Shown one piece after another: positions 31,790 to 42,087 of a DNA stretch of 64,000 bases. Within the stretch, counting starts at the first letter, position 1; every line of letters starts with the position of its first letter. The notes beneath the pieces were generated by a model, which ran no database searches, was not told the DNA's origin, and saw nothing but the letters and a program-made list of their open reading frames with translations. The position numbers were made by a program, and so were the translations under genes. The stretch lies in NCBI GenBank assembly GCA_963777955.1, contig CAVZSQ010000022.1, positions 416,001-480,000 of the forward strand, written 5' to 3'. The DNA is from Calditrichia bacterium. GTDB taxonomy: Bacteria > Calditrichota > Calditrichia > JAJRVZ01.

Positions 31790-32353
31790 ATGATGCCGGA
31801 AATAATGGAAATTTTTGGGAAAAGCGGGGCTTTATTAAACGGTCATTTTCGCCTGACCTCCGGTTTGCACAGCCCGGTCTATTTCCAGTGCGCCCTGGTG
31901 CTGCAATATCCCGACTATTGCCGGCAGATTGCAGAGAAAATCAGGCAATACTTTTCAACAAAAAAGATTGATGTGGTTATTGCTCCTGCGGTTGGCGGAA
32001 TCGTCATCGGCCAGGAAGTGGGCCGGTTGCTGGGTGTACGCACCATGTTTTCAGAGCGCCAGGATGGTGTGATGGCCCTGCGCCGTGGTTTTACTATTGC
32101 CGCGGGTGAAAAAGTACTGGTCTGCGAAGACGTGGTGACCACGGGAGGATCGGTGTTTGAAGTCATTGAGATTGTCAAAAAGGTAAAAGCGCAAATAGCC
32201 GGAGTAGGATTTATCGTAGATCGCAGCGGTGGCAAAGTAAACTTTGGGTATGACCAGTACGCCGTGATTCAATTGTCTGCTCAAACCTATGATCCGGCAG
32301 ATTGTCCCCTGTGTAAAACCAATGTACCGCTGGTCAAGCCCGGCAGCCGTTGA
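31790..32353 (+). CDS. pyrE: Orotate phosphoribosyltransferase
   Basis: [33 protein letters not shown] loop, CPLC...KPGSR. Confidence 0.95.
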   Translation: MMPEIMEIFGKSGALLNGHFRLTSGLHSPVYFQCALVLQYPDYCRQIAEKIRQYFSTKKIDVVIAPAVGGIVIGQEVGRLLGVRTMFSERQDGVMALRRGFTIAAGEKVLVCEDVVTTGGSVFEVIEIVKKVKAQIAGVGFIVDRSGGKVNFGYDQYAVIQLSAQTYDPADCPLCKTNVPLVKPGSR

Positions 32354-32465
32354 TCGTTGGAAATTGACCGGTAGAAATAATGATGAATAAGCAGTGTTTA
32401 AAATCCAGAGTTATAAATATGCTTTGTTTAACTGTTCAGACATTCATTGCAGCAGAGGAGAGGCC

Positions 32466-33017
32466 ATGCAGCGTTTATTCATATTACTTTTGGGGATCGT
32501 TATGATGAGTTTTAGTTGTTCACCTAATCCGCAGGTGGTCATCCAGACCCGGCTGGGGGATATTGAAATTGAATTGTTTGCCGGGTCCGCACCCGGTCAT
32601 GTGGCTAATTTTTTAAAACTGGTAGATCAGGAATTTTATGTGGGTACGACATTTCACCGGGTTATCCCCGGATTTGTAATCCAGGGCGGCGATCCGCTAA
32701 GCAAGGATCAGGATCGCAGCAATGACGGTACGGGCGGACCGGGTTATACCGTTGCTGCTGAAATAAAATTGCCGCATGTATACGGAAGTGTCGCTGCGGC
32801 CAGAATGGGCGATCAGGTCAATCCGGAAAGACGTTCCAGCGGCAGTCAGTTTTTTATTTGCCTGAACGATTTGCCCTCACTGGATCAAGGGGGTTATACC
32901 GTTTTCGGTCAGGTGGTGCAGGGTATGGAAATTGCTGAAAAAATAGCAGCGTTATCAAAAGACGCCAGGGATAATCCGGTCCAGGTTGTAATAATGGAAA
33001 AGGTCTATCGTAAATAG
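32466..33017 (+). CDS. Cyclophilin-type peptidyl-prolyl isomerase, lipoprotein
   Basis: FHRVIPGFVIQGGDP, SSGSQFFI, YTVFGQV. MSFSC lipobox. Confidence 0.93.
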   Translation: MQRLFILLLGIVMMSFSCSPNPQVVIQTRLGDIEIELFAGSAPGHVANFLKLVDQEFYVGTTFHRVIPGFVIQGGDPLSKDQDRSNDGTGGPGYTVAAEIKLPHVYGSVAAARMGDQVNPERRSSGSQFFICLNDLPSLDQGGYTVFGQVVQGMEIAEKIAALSKDARDNPVQVVIMEKVYRK

Positions 33018-33025
33018 TACCGTAC

Positions 33026-34987
33026 ATGCGTATTGCTTTAACTATACTCATATTTTTTATTTCAAATGCTGCCTTACTTGCAAATTCAGGCCAGCGTTTC
33101 TGGGTATATTTCAAGGATAAGGGCGGTGTTGAACTCCATAAAACAGGCAGCATTAATAATCTGCCGCTAAGTGATCGATCTATCCAGCGGCGCATGAATC
33201 AGGGGAAGTCTCCGCTCTTTGATTATTCGGATCTACCGCTGGAAGCATCATATCTGCAGAAAATACGCGGCATGGGATTTATAATACACCAGCAGTCAAA
33301 ATGGTTTAATGCGGTGAGTGTAATGGCCACTGTCGCGGAGATTGAAAAATTATACCGGTTACCTTTTGTGCAAAAGATAGAAAAAGTACGCAGCCATCAT
33401 TTTAAAAACCAGGACAGGCTGGCTGACTCCGGTCAAATTTCTTTACCAAAAGTGCTGACAGATGAATATGGCCCGTCTGAAAATCAGAACAGGATGATCG
33501 GTATCCCGCAGGCACATCAAATAGGTTTTCATGGTGAAGGTGTAAGGATTGCCTTGTTCGATACCGGTTTTCTGTTACAGCATGACGCCTTACAACAGGT
33601 GCAGGTTATCGCCAGTTGGGATTTCATACAGGGTGACAGTATAGTTTCCAATCAAGGAACTGATGTCTCCAGCCAGCATAATCATGGTACGGAGATACTG
33701 TCTATCATCGCCGGATATAAACCAGGTTCGCTGATCGGGCCGGCCTATGCTGCAGAATTTCTGCTGGCTAAAACGGAGTTGGTAGGTTCTGAAACCCATC
33801 TGGAAGAGGATAACTGGGTAGCAGCGGCTGAGTGGGCCGATAGTATGGGTGCCGACATTATCTCGACATCGCTGGGTTACAGTACTTTTGATTCGGGGCA
33901 GGTGGATTATACTTATGCCGATATGAACGGCAATACAACCATCATCACCCGTGCCGCGGATCTGGCTGCCGGCAAAGGTATCGCAGTCTTTGCCTCGGCA
34001 GGAAACGAAGGCTCCAACTCCTGGTATTACATTACAGCACCGGCCGATGGTGACAGTGTTATTGCCGTGGGGGGAGTTCGTGCTGATGGTTCACACTGGC
34101 CAAGCAGTTCGTACGGCCCTAGCGCTGACGGCAGGATTAAACCGGACCTGCTGGCACAGGGGCAGTCGGTCTATTCGGTCAGTCCCACTTTAACGGACCG
34201 GTATATTTATATCTCGGGAACATCGGCTGCCTGCCCGCTGGCTGCAGGGGCAGCAGCCATATTGCTATCGGTTGATTCGACTATGACCGTGACACAATTA
34301 TATGAATTGATGAAATCAACGGCGTCCCAGGCGCAGAGTCCGGATAATACTATGGGTTACGGTTTAATCAATCTGGAAAGAAGTATTGCCCTGAAATTGG
34401 ACGGAAAGGTTGTACATTTATCCAATTTTACCTCTTATGCAGATCAGGGCCGCAATGTCTTAAACTGGACTGTGGACTCGATGCTGGGGATCAGGCAGTG
34501 GATTATTGAACGGCAAACAATCCCGGCAGAATTCCGTGAGATAGGCAGGTTGGAAATGCCGGTCGATCAGGTATATACGGCGAATTTAAGTTTTGTGGAT
34601 GTGGAAATTTCCGGCGGAGAATTCTGCCGGTATCGTCTGCAGGTTGAATTAATTGCCGGTAATGTTTTTGTTCTGGATACCCTGGTTGTGCAAAGTTCGC
34701 TACCCGGTCAAACCGATCTTTATCAAAATTTCCCGAATCCCTTTAATTCCACAACGCAGATTATATTCAGTCTGGACCGGCCGCAGCAGGTAATATTATC
34801 GATCTATGACGGGAACGGCAGAGTACTCCGGACCCTGGTTGATAATTCCAGGTTAGCAGCTGCATTTCATCATTATTACTGGGATGGAACCAGGGCTAAC
34901 GGGTCCCTGGCTGCCAGCGGAGTTTATTATATCGTACTTTCCACAGGTTCGGTTCACAAAGTAATTAAAAGTGTTTTTTTAAAATGA
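33026..34987 (+). CDS. S8 subtilisin-like serine peptidase with FlgD/T9SS-type C-terminal domain
   Basis: FDTG (Asp), HGT (His), SAGNEG, SGTSAACP (Ser), then [11 protein letters not shown]...WDGT...ASGVY. Confidence 0.93.
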   Translation: MRIALTILIFFISNAALLANSGQRFWVYFKDKGGVELHKTGSINNLPLSDRSIQRRMNQGKSPLFDYSDLPLEASYLQKIRGMGFIIHQQSKWFNAVSVMATVAEIEKLYRLPFVQKIEKVRSHHFKNQDRLADSGQISLPKVLTDEYGPSENQNRMIGIPQAHQIGFHGEGVRIALFDTGFLLQHDALQQVQVIASWDFIQGDSIVSNQGTDVSSQHNHGTEILSIIAGYKPGSLIGPAYAAEFLLAKTELVGSETHLEEDNWVAAAEWADSMGADIISTSLGYSTFDSGQVDYTYADMNGNTTIITRAADLAAGKGIAVFASAGNEGSNSWYYITAPADGDSVIAVGGVRADGSHWPSSSYGPSADGRIKPDLLAQGQSVYSVSPTLTDRYIYISGTSAACPLAAGAAAILLSVDSTMTVTQLYELMKSTASQAQSPDNTMGYGLINLERSIALKLDGKVVHLSNFTSYADQGRNVLNWTVDSMLGIRQWIIERQTIPAEFREIGRLEMPVDQVYTANLSFVDVEISGGEFCRYRLQVELIAGNVFVLDTLVVQSSLPGQTDLYQNFPNPFNSTTQIIFSLDRPQQVILSIYDGNGRVLRTLVDNSRLAAAFHHYYWDGTRANGSLAASGVYYIVLSTGSVHKVIKSVFLK

Positions 34988-35092
34988 AACATTTCAGTTA
35001 TTTAAGCTTATATTGTGATAGAAAAAAAGAAGTAATACCTTGGCAGGTAATACCTTAGCAGGTATTAGTAATAATCATAAAAAGGAGTATTA

Positions 35093-35434
35093 ATGATGGA
35101 AGGTAAAACACTTTGGGAGAATCTGAAAAAAGGTTTGGAACAGGGGATCAAAACCATCACCGAAAAGACCGAGGAATTAACAGAGATGGGGCGGTTAAAA
35201 TTGGAGATTATGTCGTTAAAGCGGGAAATTGAAAAGGATTTTGTCGAACTGGGTGGCAGAATATATCAGATGATTAAAGAAAATAAAGGCGGGAACTTAA
35301 CTCAGAATTCCGAAATTCAAACCTTGGTAGAAAAAGTTAAAACCGAGGAAAAAAAGTTGGATGAGTACAATCAAAAATGGGAAAAGATGACAAAAGATAA
35401 ACCTAAAGGGCAGGAAAATACAGAAAATCCTTAA
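35093..35434 (+). CDS. Hypothetical coiled-coil protein
   Basis: AAGGAG RBS and a charged heptad-rich 113-aa ORF. Confidence 0.7.
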   Translation: MMEGKTLWENLKKGLEQGIKTITEKTEELTEMGRLKLEIMSLKREIEKDFVELGGRIYQMIKENKGGNLTQNSEIQTLVEKVKTEEKKLDEYNQKWEKMTKDKPKGQENTENP

Positions 35435-35712
35435 TAAAAAGTCAAAATTTGTTAAACTTTTGTGCTAAATTTCTATTAAATTGGTGAAATATTATATTGT
35501 TAAGTTGCGTTTACTATGTCGTTTATCAGAATCAAGCAGCAATACTGGAAATTAACCGGTAGACCATGACCTGGTTGTCTGGCCTTAGACGCAATTTATC
35601 ATGGTGCTTTATCGAAGATACTATCCTGGAGCTTTCCGCAGAAGCCAGGTTACCGTCGACGGATGAATGTACCAATCAGAAATAGAATTTAAACTTAACC
35701 AAGGTGAATTAA

Positions 35713-36558
35713 GTGAGCGATTTTTTTATCAGTAAAAATCAATCCCTGGAAAACTATTTGCGCGAGATTGGTGAGGTACAGTTATTAACGCCGGCTGAAG
35801 AGATAGAATTAGCCAAGAAGATCAAGAAGAATGATCAGCGTTCACTGAAACGTCTGGTCAGTGCCAATCTGCGATTTGTGGTCAGTGTTGCCAAATCTTA
35901 TCAGAATTACGGATTGTCGCTGGAAGATTTGATCAATGAAGGTAATCTGGGACTGATGAAAGCGGCTTATCGTTTTGATGAAACCCGCGGATTTAAGTTT
36001 ATCTCCTATGCGGTGTGGTGGATCAAACAATCGATTCTGCAGGCAATTGCCGAACAATCCCGTTTAGTCAGGTTACCATTGAACCGGGTGGGAACCCTGA
36101 CCAAAATAGGCAAAGTATACAGCATGCTGGAACAGGAATTCGAACGCGAACCGACACCGGAAGAGATCGCCAATGTTCTGGAAGTTGAAAGCGGTGATAT
36201 CTCAGATACCATCAAGATGGCGACCCGGTCTGTTTCGATGGATTCGCCCTTGCAGCGCAACAGTGACAGCCGCTTAATCGATATCATCCAGAATCAACAG
36301 GATCCCGAACCGGATTCGGAAGTCATGGGTGAATCATTAAAGGAAGAAGTCAATCATATTCTGAATACTCTGACTGCCCGCGAAGCAAAAATACTGAAAT
36401 TATATTTTGGACTGGATGGTGAAAAACCGCATACTCTGGAAGAAATAGGTGTAAAATTCAAATTAACCCGTGAACGGGTGCGCCAGATCAAAGAGAAAGC
36501 ATTGCGGCGCCTTCGCCACAGTTCGCGCAGCAAGGTGTTACGCTATTATTTAGGTTAA
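35713..36558 (+). CDS. rpoD: RNA polymerase sigma-70 factor, RpoD/SigA family lacking region 1.1
   Basis: [52 protein letters not shown]. Confidence 0.9.
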   Translation: MSDFFISKNQSLENYLREIGEVQLLTPAEEIELAKKIKKNDQRSLKRLVSANLRFVVSVAKSYQNYGLSLEDLINEGNLGLMKAAYRFDETRGFKFISYAVWWIKQSILQAIAEQSRLVRLPLNRVGTLTKIGKVYSMLEQEFEREPTPEEIANVLEVESGDISDTIKMATRSVSMDSPLQRNSDSRLIDIIQNQQDPEPDSEVMGESLKEEVNHILNTLTAREAKILKLYFGLDGEKPHTLEEIGVKFKLTRERVRQIKEKALRRLRHSSRSKVLRYYLG

Positions 36559-36583
36559 AATTGCAGTAACTTATAATCGCTTG

Positions 36584-36607
36584 AAACCCCTCTGAACGAG
36601 GGGTTTT
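36584..36607 (+). terminator. Rho-independent terminator after rpoD
   Basis: AAACCCCTC-TGAAC-GAGGGGTTTT. Confidence 0.8.
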
Positions 36608-36685
36608 AATTTAATTCAAAACACATCCAAATTTTTTATATACTCTCCGTTTTTTACTGTTATTATTAAATTCAGGAGGATTCCT

Positions 36686-38170
36686 GTGATAGGTGGGAGA
36701 CCGGGGTACTGGTACAGCATCCTGATTTCTGTTTTTTGTCTCGAGTTTCTCAGCGCACAGGATTTCAATCAGTTATCCAATGGTGCGATTAAGACGGTGG
36801 AAGTGAAAATCGGGACTTTTCTTGGCGATGCACAACGCAATTATTATGGCAACGAGGCGCCAGCAGCATTACGGGTACACTGGAAAAAGTACCTGGGAAA
36901 AGGTAAAACCGTTGTGTCAAAAAAAGCGGGAGAAAAGTTATGGGCCGGCAGCGGCTGGACCGGTCAACCTTTGCTGGTATATGAAGACGGGCATCCGTTT
37001 CTGATTCAGGGTGCTTTTGATCATAAGTTAAAAAAAATTGATGCTCAGCAGGGTGATATTTGCTGGCAGTATAGTTTTGATGATGTGATCAAGGGCACCG
37101 GCACCATCTGGTTGAATAATAAGGCCGCCACACTGGAAGAAAGCATTGTGATCCTGCAGGGTAGTCGTTATGGCTACGGCAATGAATTTTATGCCAGGAA
37201 TATACCCAGTTACCGGGCGGTATCCTATTTTTCCGGCAAAGAAATCTGGCGCATGAATGTCAGGCAAACGGCGAGTTATAGCCGTGATGTCGATGGCTCT
37301 GCCGTAGTTTTGAATGATACGGCTTACATCGGTCTGGAGAATGGTATTTTTGTGATTTTTAATCCGGCACCGTCCGGCGTAACGAAGATCAACCGGTTAC
37401 TGCAACCCCAGGTATACAAGGAGGTGCAACTATTCGAGCGCCAGGACATCATCAGGCACGGAGGGAATCTGGTTATTGAGTCTTCGCCCTGTGTGTTCAA
37501 CCAGCATGTATATATCACTTCGGGATCCGGGCATGTCTACGGTTATAATCTGCAGAGCGGAACAGTTGACTGGGATTATTATATCGGTGCCGACCTGGAC
37601 GGATCTCCGGTCGTTACTGCGGACAGTTGCCTGCTGGTTACCGTTGAGAAGCAATACATTGCCGGTTATGGCGGCGTATTAAAACTTGATCCCAGGCAGG
37701 AGCCACGGCAGTCGGTGGTGTGGTTTTTCCCGACCGGTAATGATACACTGGAGAGTTGGGCGGGGGGTGTAATCGGTTCTGCCGGAATCAACGACCGGAC
37801 TAAAATTTCCAGCGATCAGAATCTTTGTGCATTTACCGGCATTGACGGCTATCTCTATGTGGTGAACCATCGGGAACTTGATCAGCAGCAGGGTAAAATT
37901 CCCGGACCGGACGGCAAAGGATCATATTCACAGCCACGCCTGGTTTTTAAAAAAGAAATCTATCCGTCGATTTCCACGCCGATCATGGTAGGACGCAAAC
38001 TCATTGCCGCCGGTTATGGCGGGTTATATCTTTTTGAGTATGATGCAGAATTAAATTTCAAATTACTGGCCAGATGGATTAAAAGTGCCTTCGAATCCAC
38101 TCCAATTGTTTTCGACAGGAAAATATATCTTGGCGCACGGGATGGTTATCTGTACTGTTTTGGTGATTGA
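36686..38170 (+). CDS. PQQ-like beta-propeller repeat protein, exported
   Basis: TFLGDAQRNYYG, GSGWTGQP, repeated W-x-y / ESSP / DGSP blades, GARDGYLYCFG end. Confidence 0.75.
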   Translation: MIGGRPGYWYSILISVFCLEFLSAQDFNQLSNGAIKTVEVKIGTFLGDAQRNYYGNEAPAALRVHWKKYLGKGKTVVSKKAGEKLWAGSGWTGQPLLVYEDGHPFLIQGAFDHKLKKIDAQQGDICWQYSFDDVIKGTGTIWLNNKAATLEESIVILQGSRYGYGNEFYARNIPSYRAVSYFSGKEIWRMNVRQTASYSRDVDGSAVVLNDTAYIGLENGIFVIFNPAPSGVTKINRLLQPQVYKEVQLFERQDIIRHGGNLVIESSPCVFNQHVYITSGSGHVYGYNLQSGTVDWDYYIGADLDGSPVVTADSCLLVTVEKQYIAGYGGVLKLDPRQEPRQSVVWFFPTGNDTLESWAGGVIGSAGINDRTKISSDQNLCAFTGIDGYLYVVNHRELDQQQGKIPGPDGKGSYSQPRLVFKKEIYPSISTPIMVGRKLIAAGYGGLYLFEYDAELNFKLLARWIKSAFESTPIVFDRKIYLGARDGYLYCFGD

Positions 38171-38341
38171 TCGAACCAGGTCATGTAAAAAAAATAAAAA
38201 AAATGCTAATAATTTGGATTTAATGTCGAAAATATAGTAAAAATGTAAACGAACGTAAAACTGACGGCTGAACAGAAACTGAAATGGGTGATAGTGTAAA
38301 GCATTACTTTAAATTTTTATCGACGGGAAGCGAAATAATGC

Positions 38342-38370
38342 TTGACAAAATCTTTGTTTTTAAATACTTT
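38342..38370 (+). promoter_or_regulatory. Putative sigma70-type promoter
   Basis: TTGACA-17 nt-TACTTT, about 60 nt before the M23 gene start. Confidence 0.55.
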
Positions 38371-38432
38371 TTAACGTTTTATGTAACCCACCTGCAATCA
38401 CATGGTTTTCTGGAGTGTATTAGAAAAGGGGC

Positions 38433-39401
38433 TTGAAGTTGCTAAAGAATGAGACGACGTTAATTCTGGTTACAAAAGACGAAACCAAGTTCAGGCAATT
38501 TAGTATTACCGGCAAAAAAATATTAATTTTTGTCGGCGGTTTCATTCTTCTTTTCCTGCTGGTCGGTAATTATACCATCGATTTTTTGCTTAATTTCCGT
38601 TACGATTCCAAAGTTGAAATGCTGGAACGCAATAACCGTTTCCTGAAGAGGCAGTTGGATGAGATGTCTGTCAAGGTTGATAAACTGAACGGACAACTAT
38701 CTACCGTCGAGAGCAGGGATGATGAGATCCGGATGATCATGGGTCTCAAGGAGATGGACAATGATGTCCGTAATGTGGGAATCGGAGGATCTGAATTTAA
38801 TTACGATGTTTCTGAAAACATGATCGAGGCGGGGGTAGCTGAAAAAGCGAATGAGCAGATGGTGTTACTGGATAAACTGGAGCGTGAAGTAAAACTCGAA
38901 TTGCAGAGTTATAATGACCTGATAGCAACTTACAATGCCAAAGAGGATAGTCTGCGGCATATGCCGGCCCTGCATCCGGTGCTGGCCGGGCGGGTGACCT
39001 CGGATTTTGGTATGCGTCTTCACCCGATTCTCAAGCGTTACCGTCATCATCCGGGAGTTGATTTTTCCGCGAAAGTAGGAACTCCCATCTATGCCGCTGC
39101 CGACGGAATAGTAAAATATGCCGGTTACAACGGCGGATATGGACGTTGTGTTTTTCTGGATCATCTATACGGATTTGAAACCAAGTACGGCCATATGCAG
39201 CAGATCCTGGTGCGTTCCGGGCAGCGTGTTAAACGCGGCGACCGGATCGGGCTGGTGGGCAAGACCGGTTTAGCTACCGCTCCGCACCTGCATTTTGAAG
39301 TACACTTCAGGGGTCAGGAAGTCAATCCTGAACTCTACTTTTTTGATGATCTGACGCTGAACCGTACGGTAATCAATCCCACGCCGGCAGAAACAAATTA
39401 A
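38433..39401 (+). CDS. M23 family peptidoglycan endopeptidase with TM helix and coiled coil
   Basis: HPGVDF (HxxxD), YGHM, TAPHLHFEV (HxH). Confidence 0.93.
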   Translation: MKLLKNETTLILVTKDETKFRQFSITGKKILIFVGGFILLFLLVGNYTIDFLLNFRYDSKVEMLERNNRFLKRQLDEMSVKVDKLNGQLSTVESRDDEIRMIMGLKEMDNDVRNVGIGGSEFNYDVSENMIEAGVAEKANEQMVLLDKLEREVKLELQSYNDLIATYNAKEDSLRHMPALHPVLAGRVTSDFGMRLHPILKRYRHHPGVDFSAKVGTPIYAAADGIVKYAGYNGGYGRCVFLDHLYGFETKYGHMQQILVRSGQRVKRGDRIGLVGKTGLATAPHLHFEVHFRGQEVNPELYFFDDLTLNRTVINPTPAETN

Positions 39402-39446
39402 TATTTTTTTGATATATTATTGAGACTGAGTCGCAATATCGATTGT

Positions 39447-39911
39447 ATGGCACTGACGGCAACTGAAATATTTTACGAATACCTGAAAAAACGGGAACTG
39501 AGAAATACCGCGGAACGCTTTACCATCCTGGAAGAAATTATCCGTATACAGAAGCATTTCGAAGCAGATACTCTGCTGCTCAGGCTTAAAACCAGGCATA
39601 AAAAAATTTCACGCGCCACCATCTACCGTACCCTGGAGTTGCTGATTGACTGCGGCCTGGTCAGGAGGATTAATTTTAATGCACCGGCCCCGCAGACCTT
39701 TTATGAACCGATAATCCCCGCCGCCGGTCTCAGCGGACACGACCATTTCATCTGCCAGGAATGCGGTAAAATAATTGAGTTTTATGATGAGCGGCTAAAA
39801 AAAATTCAGGTTAATCTGCAGGCGACTTACCATATGGAAGTGCTGCAGTATAGTTACCACCTTTATGGCCGCTGTGCGGCCTGCAAGAATAAACGAAGCC
39901 TGCGGCAATGA
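39447..39911 (+). CDS. fur: Fur family transcriptional regulator
   Basis: TAERFTIL, SRATIYRTLELL, HDHFICQECG, CAAC. Confidence 0.9.
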   Translation: MALTATEIFYEYLKKRELRNTAERFTILEEIIRIQKHFEADTLLLRLKTRHKKISRATIYRTLELLIDCGLVRRINFNAPAPQTFYEPIIPAAGLSGHDHFICQECGKIIEFYDERLKKIQVNLQATYHMEVLQYSYHLYGRCAACKNKRSLRQ

Positions 39912-41899
39912 AATGGCCTAAACTAAAAGCAAAATCCACGGAACGGATTCTTGCTGCAAATGCCAAACCCGTAATTACCCTGGTCGGCAATCCCAACGTC
40001 GGTAAAAGCGTGATCTTTTCCATCCTGACCGGAAAATATGTGACGGTGTCCAATTATCCGGGCACCACTATTGAAATCAACCGTGCCGAAGGCAAAATAG
40101 AAAAACAGCGGGTGATTTTTATCGATACCCCGGGGATCAATAACTTGATACCATCATCAGAGGAAGAACGGGTTACCCGGGATATCCTGCTACAGGAACC
40201 GATAGCAGCCGTCCTGCAAATCGGAGACAGTAAAAATCTCAAACGGGCCCTGTTTCTATCCCTGCAACTGGCTGAATTGGGACTGCCCTTCGTCCTGAAT
40301 CTGAATATGCTAGACGAACTGTCCGACACAGGATTAAAAATTGATCTGGCGAAATTATCCGCCATCCTGGGTGTGGGAGTCAACGGGACTACCGCTATCA
40401 GAAAAATCGGCACGGATAAGATTTCCAGACTTTTGCATAATCCCCGCCGGAGTACACTAAATCCGGTTTACCCGGTATTTATCGAACAGGCGATCGAGCA
40501 GATCGTTCCGTTGCTCCCGGATCTTTCGATCTCCAAACGCGCCCTGGCTATCATGCTGCTGATCCAGGATGAGAGTTTGACTGACTGGGTCCAGGAAAAT
40601 CTTAACCGGCAGCAAATCGACAGTTTACGCGAGATCATCAGGGTCGTGAGTAAAAAAATCTCTACACCCCTTAATTTTATCATAACGCAAAGCCGCTATC
40701 AGCAGGTAGATACAATTTACGCCGAAGTTACGCAGGCCGGCAGAAAGCGCGGTTATACTTTTATGAACCGTCTGGATCATTATCTGATCCATCCCTGCTG
40801 GGGACTGCCCAGCCTGTTGCTGGCTCTGTACCTGGCCTACCAGTTTGTCGGCGTGCTGGGAGCAGGTATCCTGGTCGATTTTATGCAGAATACTGTTTTT
40901 AATAAATATATCAATCCACTGGCCAGCTCACTCCTGGCCCAAATAACCTCCCAGCCTTTACTGACGGATTTCCTGGTGGGCGATTACGGTATGATTACAA
41001 TGGCGCTGACCTATGGGTTTGCCATAGTTCTGCCTATTGTCACTACCTTCTTTATTTTATTCGGGATCATGGAAGACTCGGGCTATCTGCCGCGCCTGGC
41101 CATGCTGGTGAATAATGTATTTAAAATATTCGGTTTGAATGGTAAAGCGGTTTTACCGATGGTACTGGGTCTGGGTTGTGATACAATGGCAACCATGTCG
41201 GCCAGAATCCTGGAAACCCGCCGGGAACGGATCATTGTCACACTGTTGCTGGCCCTGGGCGTACCCTGTTCTGCACAATTGGGAATTGTTCTGGGCATGA
41301 CAGTTTTATTACCGTGGTATGCTGCTCTAATCTGGATAGCGGTCATTCTAATGTCGATGATACTGGTAGGGTACCTGTCCTCAAGAATAATTCCCGGAAA
41401 AAATTCTGATTTTATTATTGAGTTGCCACCCCTGCGTCTGCCGCAATTCAGCAATATACTGGTCAAAACAATAGCGCGGCTGGAGTGGTATGGCAAAGAA
41501 GTTATTCCCCTGTTTATGCTGGGCACCCTGATCCTGTTTATATTTTCTAAAATTAATGTGCTGGTTTACCTGGAGCAGGCAGCTGCTCCGCTGGTTCAGC
41601 AATTTCTTGGATTGCCGGCCAAGGCCACCGAGGCTTTCATTATCGGTTTCCTGCGCCGGGACTATGGAGCTGCGGGTTTATATGCCATGGCCAGTAACGG
41701 CGGGTTGAATCCGCAGCAGATCCTGGTCAGCATGATCACCATAACTTTATTTATGCCCTGCCTGGCTAACTTTCTGATGATCATCAAAGAATTGGGTTGG
41801 AAAATTGCCACAGGTATGGCTGCATTCATTATACCATTCGCTTTTTTAATAGGCGGATGTGTCAATTATTTGATCGCGATTTTAGGAATACCCTTATGA
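39908..41899 (+). CDS. feoB: Ferrous iron transporter FeoB
   Basis: GNPNVGKS, VSNYPGTT, DTPG, NMLD, EDSGYLPR, GLGC, VPCSAQ, ELPPLRLP, PCLA. Confidence 0.96.
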   Translation: MKWPKLKAKSTERILAANAKPVITLVGNPNVGKSVIFSILTGKYVTVSNYPGTTIEINRAEGKIEKQRVIFIDTPGINNLIPSSEEERVTRDILLQEPIAAVLQIGDSKNLKRALFLSLQLAELGLPFVLNLNMLDELSDTGLKIDLAKLSAILGVGVNGTTAIRKIGTDKISRLLHNPRRSTLNPVYPVFIEQAIEQIVPLLPDLSISKRALAIMLLIQDESLTDWVQENLNRQQIDSLREIIRVVSKKISTPLNFIITQSRYQQVDTIYAEVTQAGRKRGYTFMNRLDHYLIHPCWGLPSLLLALYLAYQFVGVLGAGILVDFMQNTVFNKYINPLASSLLAQITSQPLLTDFLVGDYGMITMALTYGFAIVLPIVTTFFILFGIMEDSGYLPRLAMLVNNVFKIFGLNGKAVLPMVLGLGCDTMATMSARILETRRERIIVTLLLALGVPCSAQLGIVLGMTVLLPWYAALIWIAVILMSMILVGYLSSRIIPGKNSDFIIELPPLRLPQFSNILVKTIARLEWYGKEVIPLFMLGTLILFIFSKINVLVYLEQAAAPLVQQFLGLPAKATEAFIIGFLRRDYGAAGLYAMASNGGLNPQQILVSMITITLFMPCLANFLMIIKELGWKIATGMAAFIIPFAFLIGGCVNYLIAILGIPL

Positions 41900-42087
41900 C
41901 CTGTCCGCTCTGTGGCTATAAGTTCACCGATTATAAAATTGTCTGTGCGTCGTGTCCGCTGCACTCAAACTGTAAAATAATCTGCTGTCCGAATTGTGGT
42001 TATCAATTTCCTCTGGATTCGCAGTTGGTCACCCGATTAAAATCATTTTTTTTACGGAGAAAAAAAGATGTCCCAGCAGATGAATGA
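41896..42087 (+). CDS. Small cysteine-rich protein (63 aa, 8 Cys)
   Basis: ATG overlaps the feoB TGA (ATGA). MTCPLCG...CASCPLHSNCKIICCPNCGYQF. Confidence 0.75.
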   Translation: MTCPLCGYKFTDYKIVCASCPLHSNCKIICCPNCGYQFPLDSQLVTRLKSFFLRRKKDVPADE

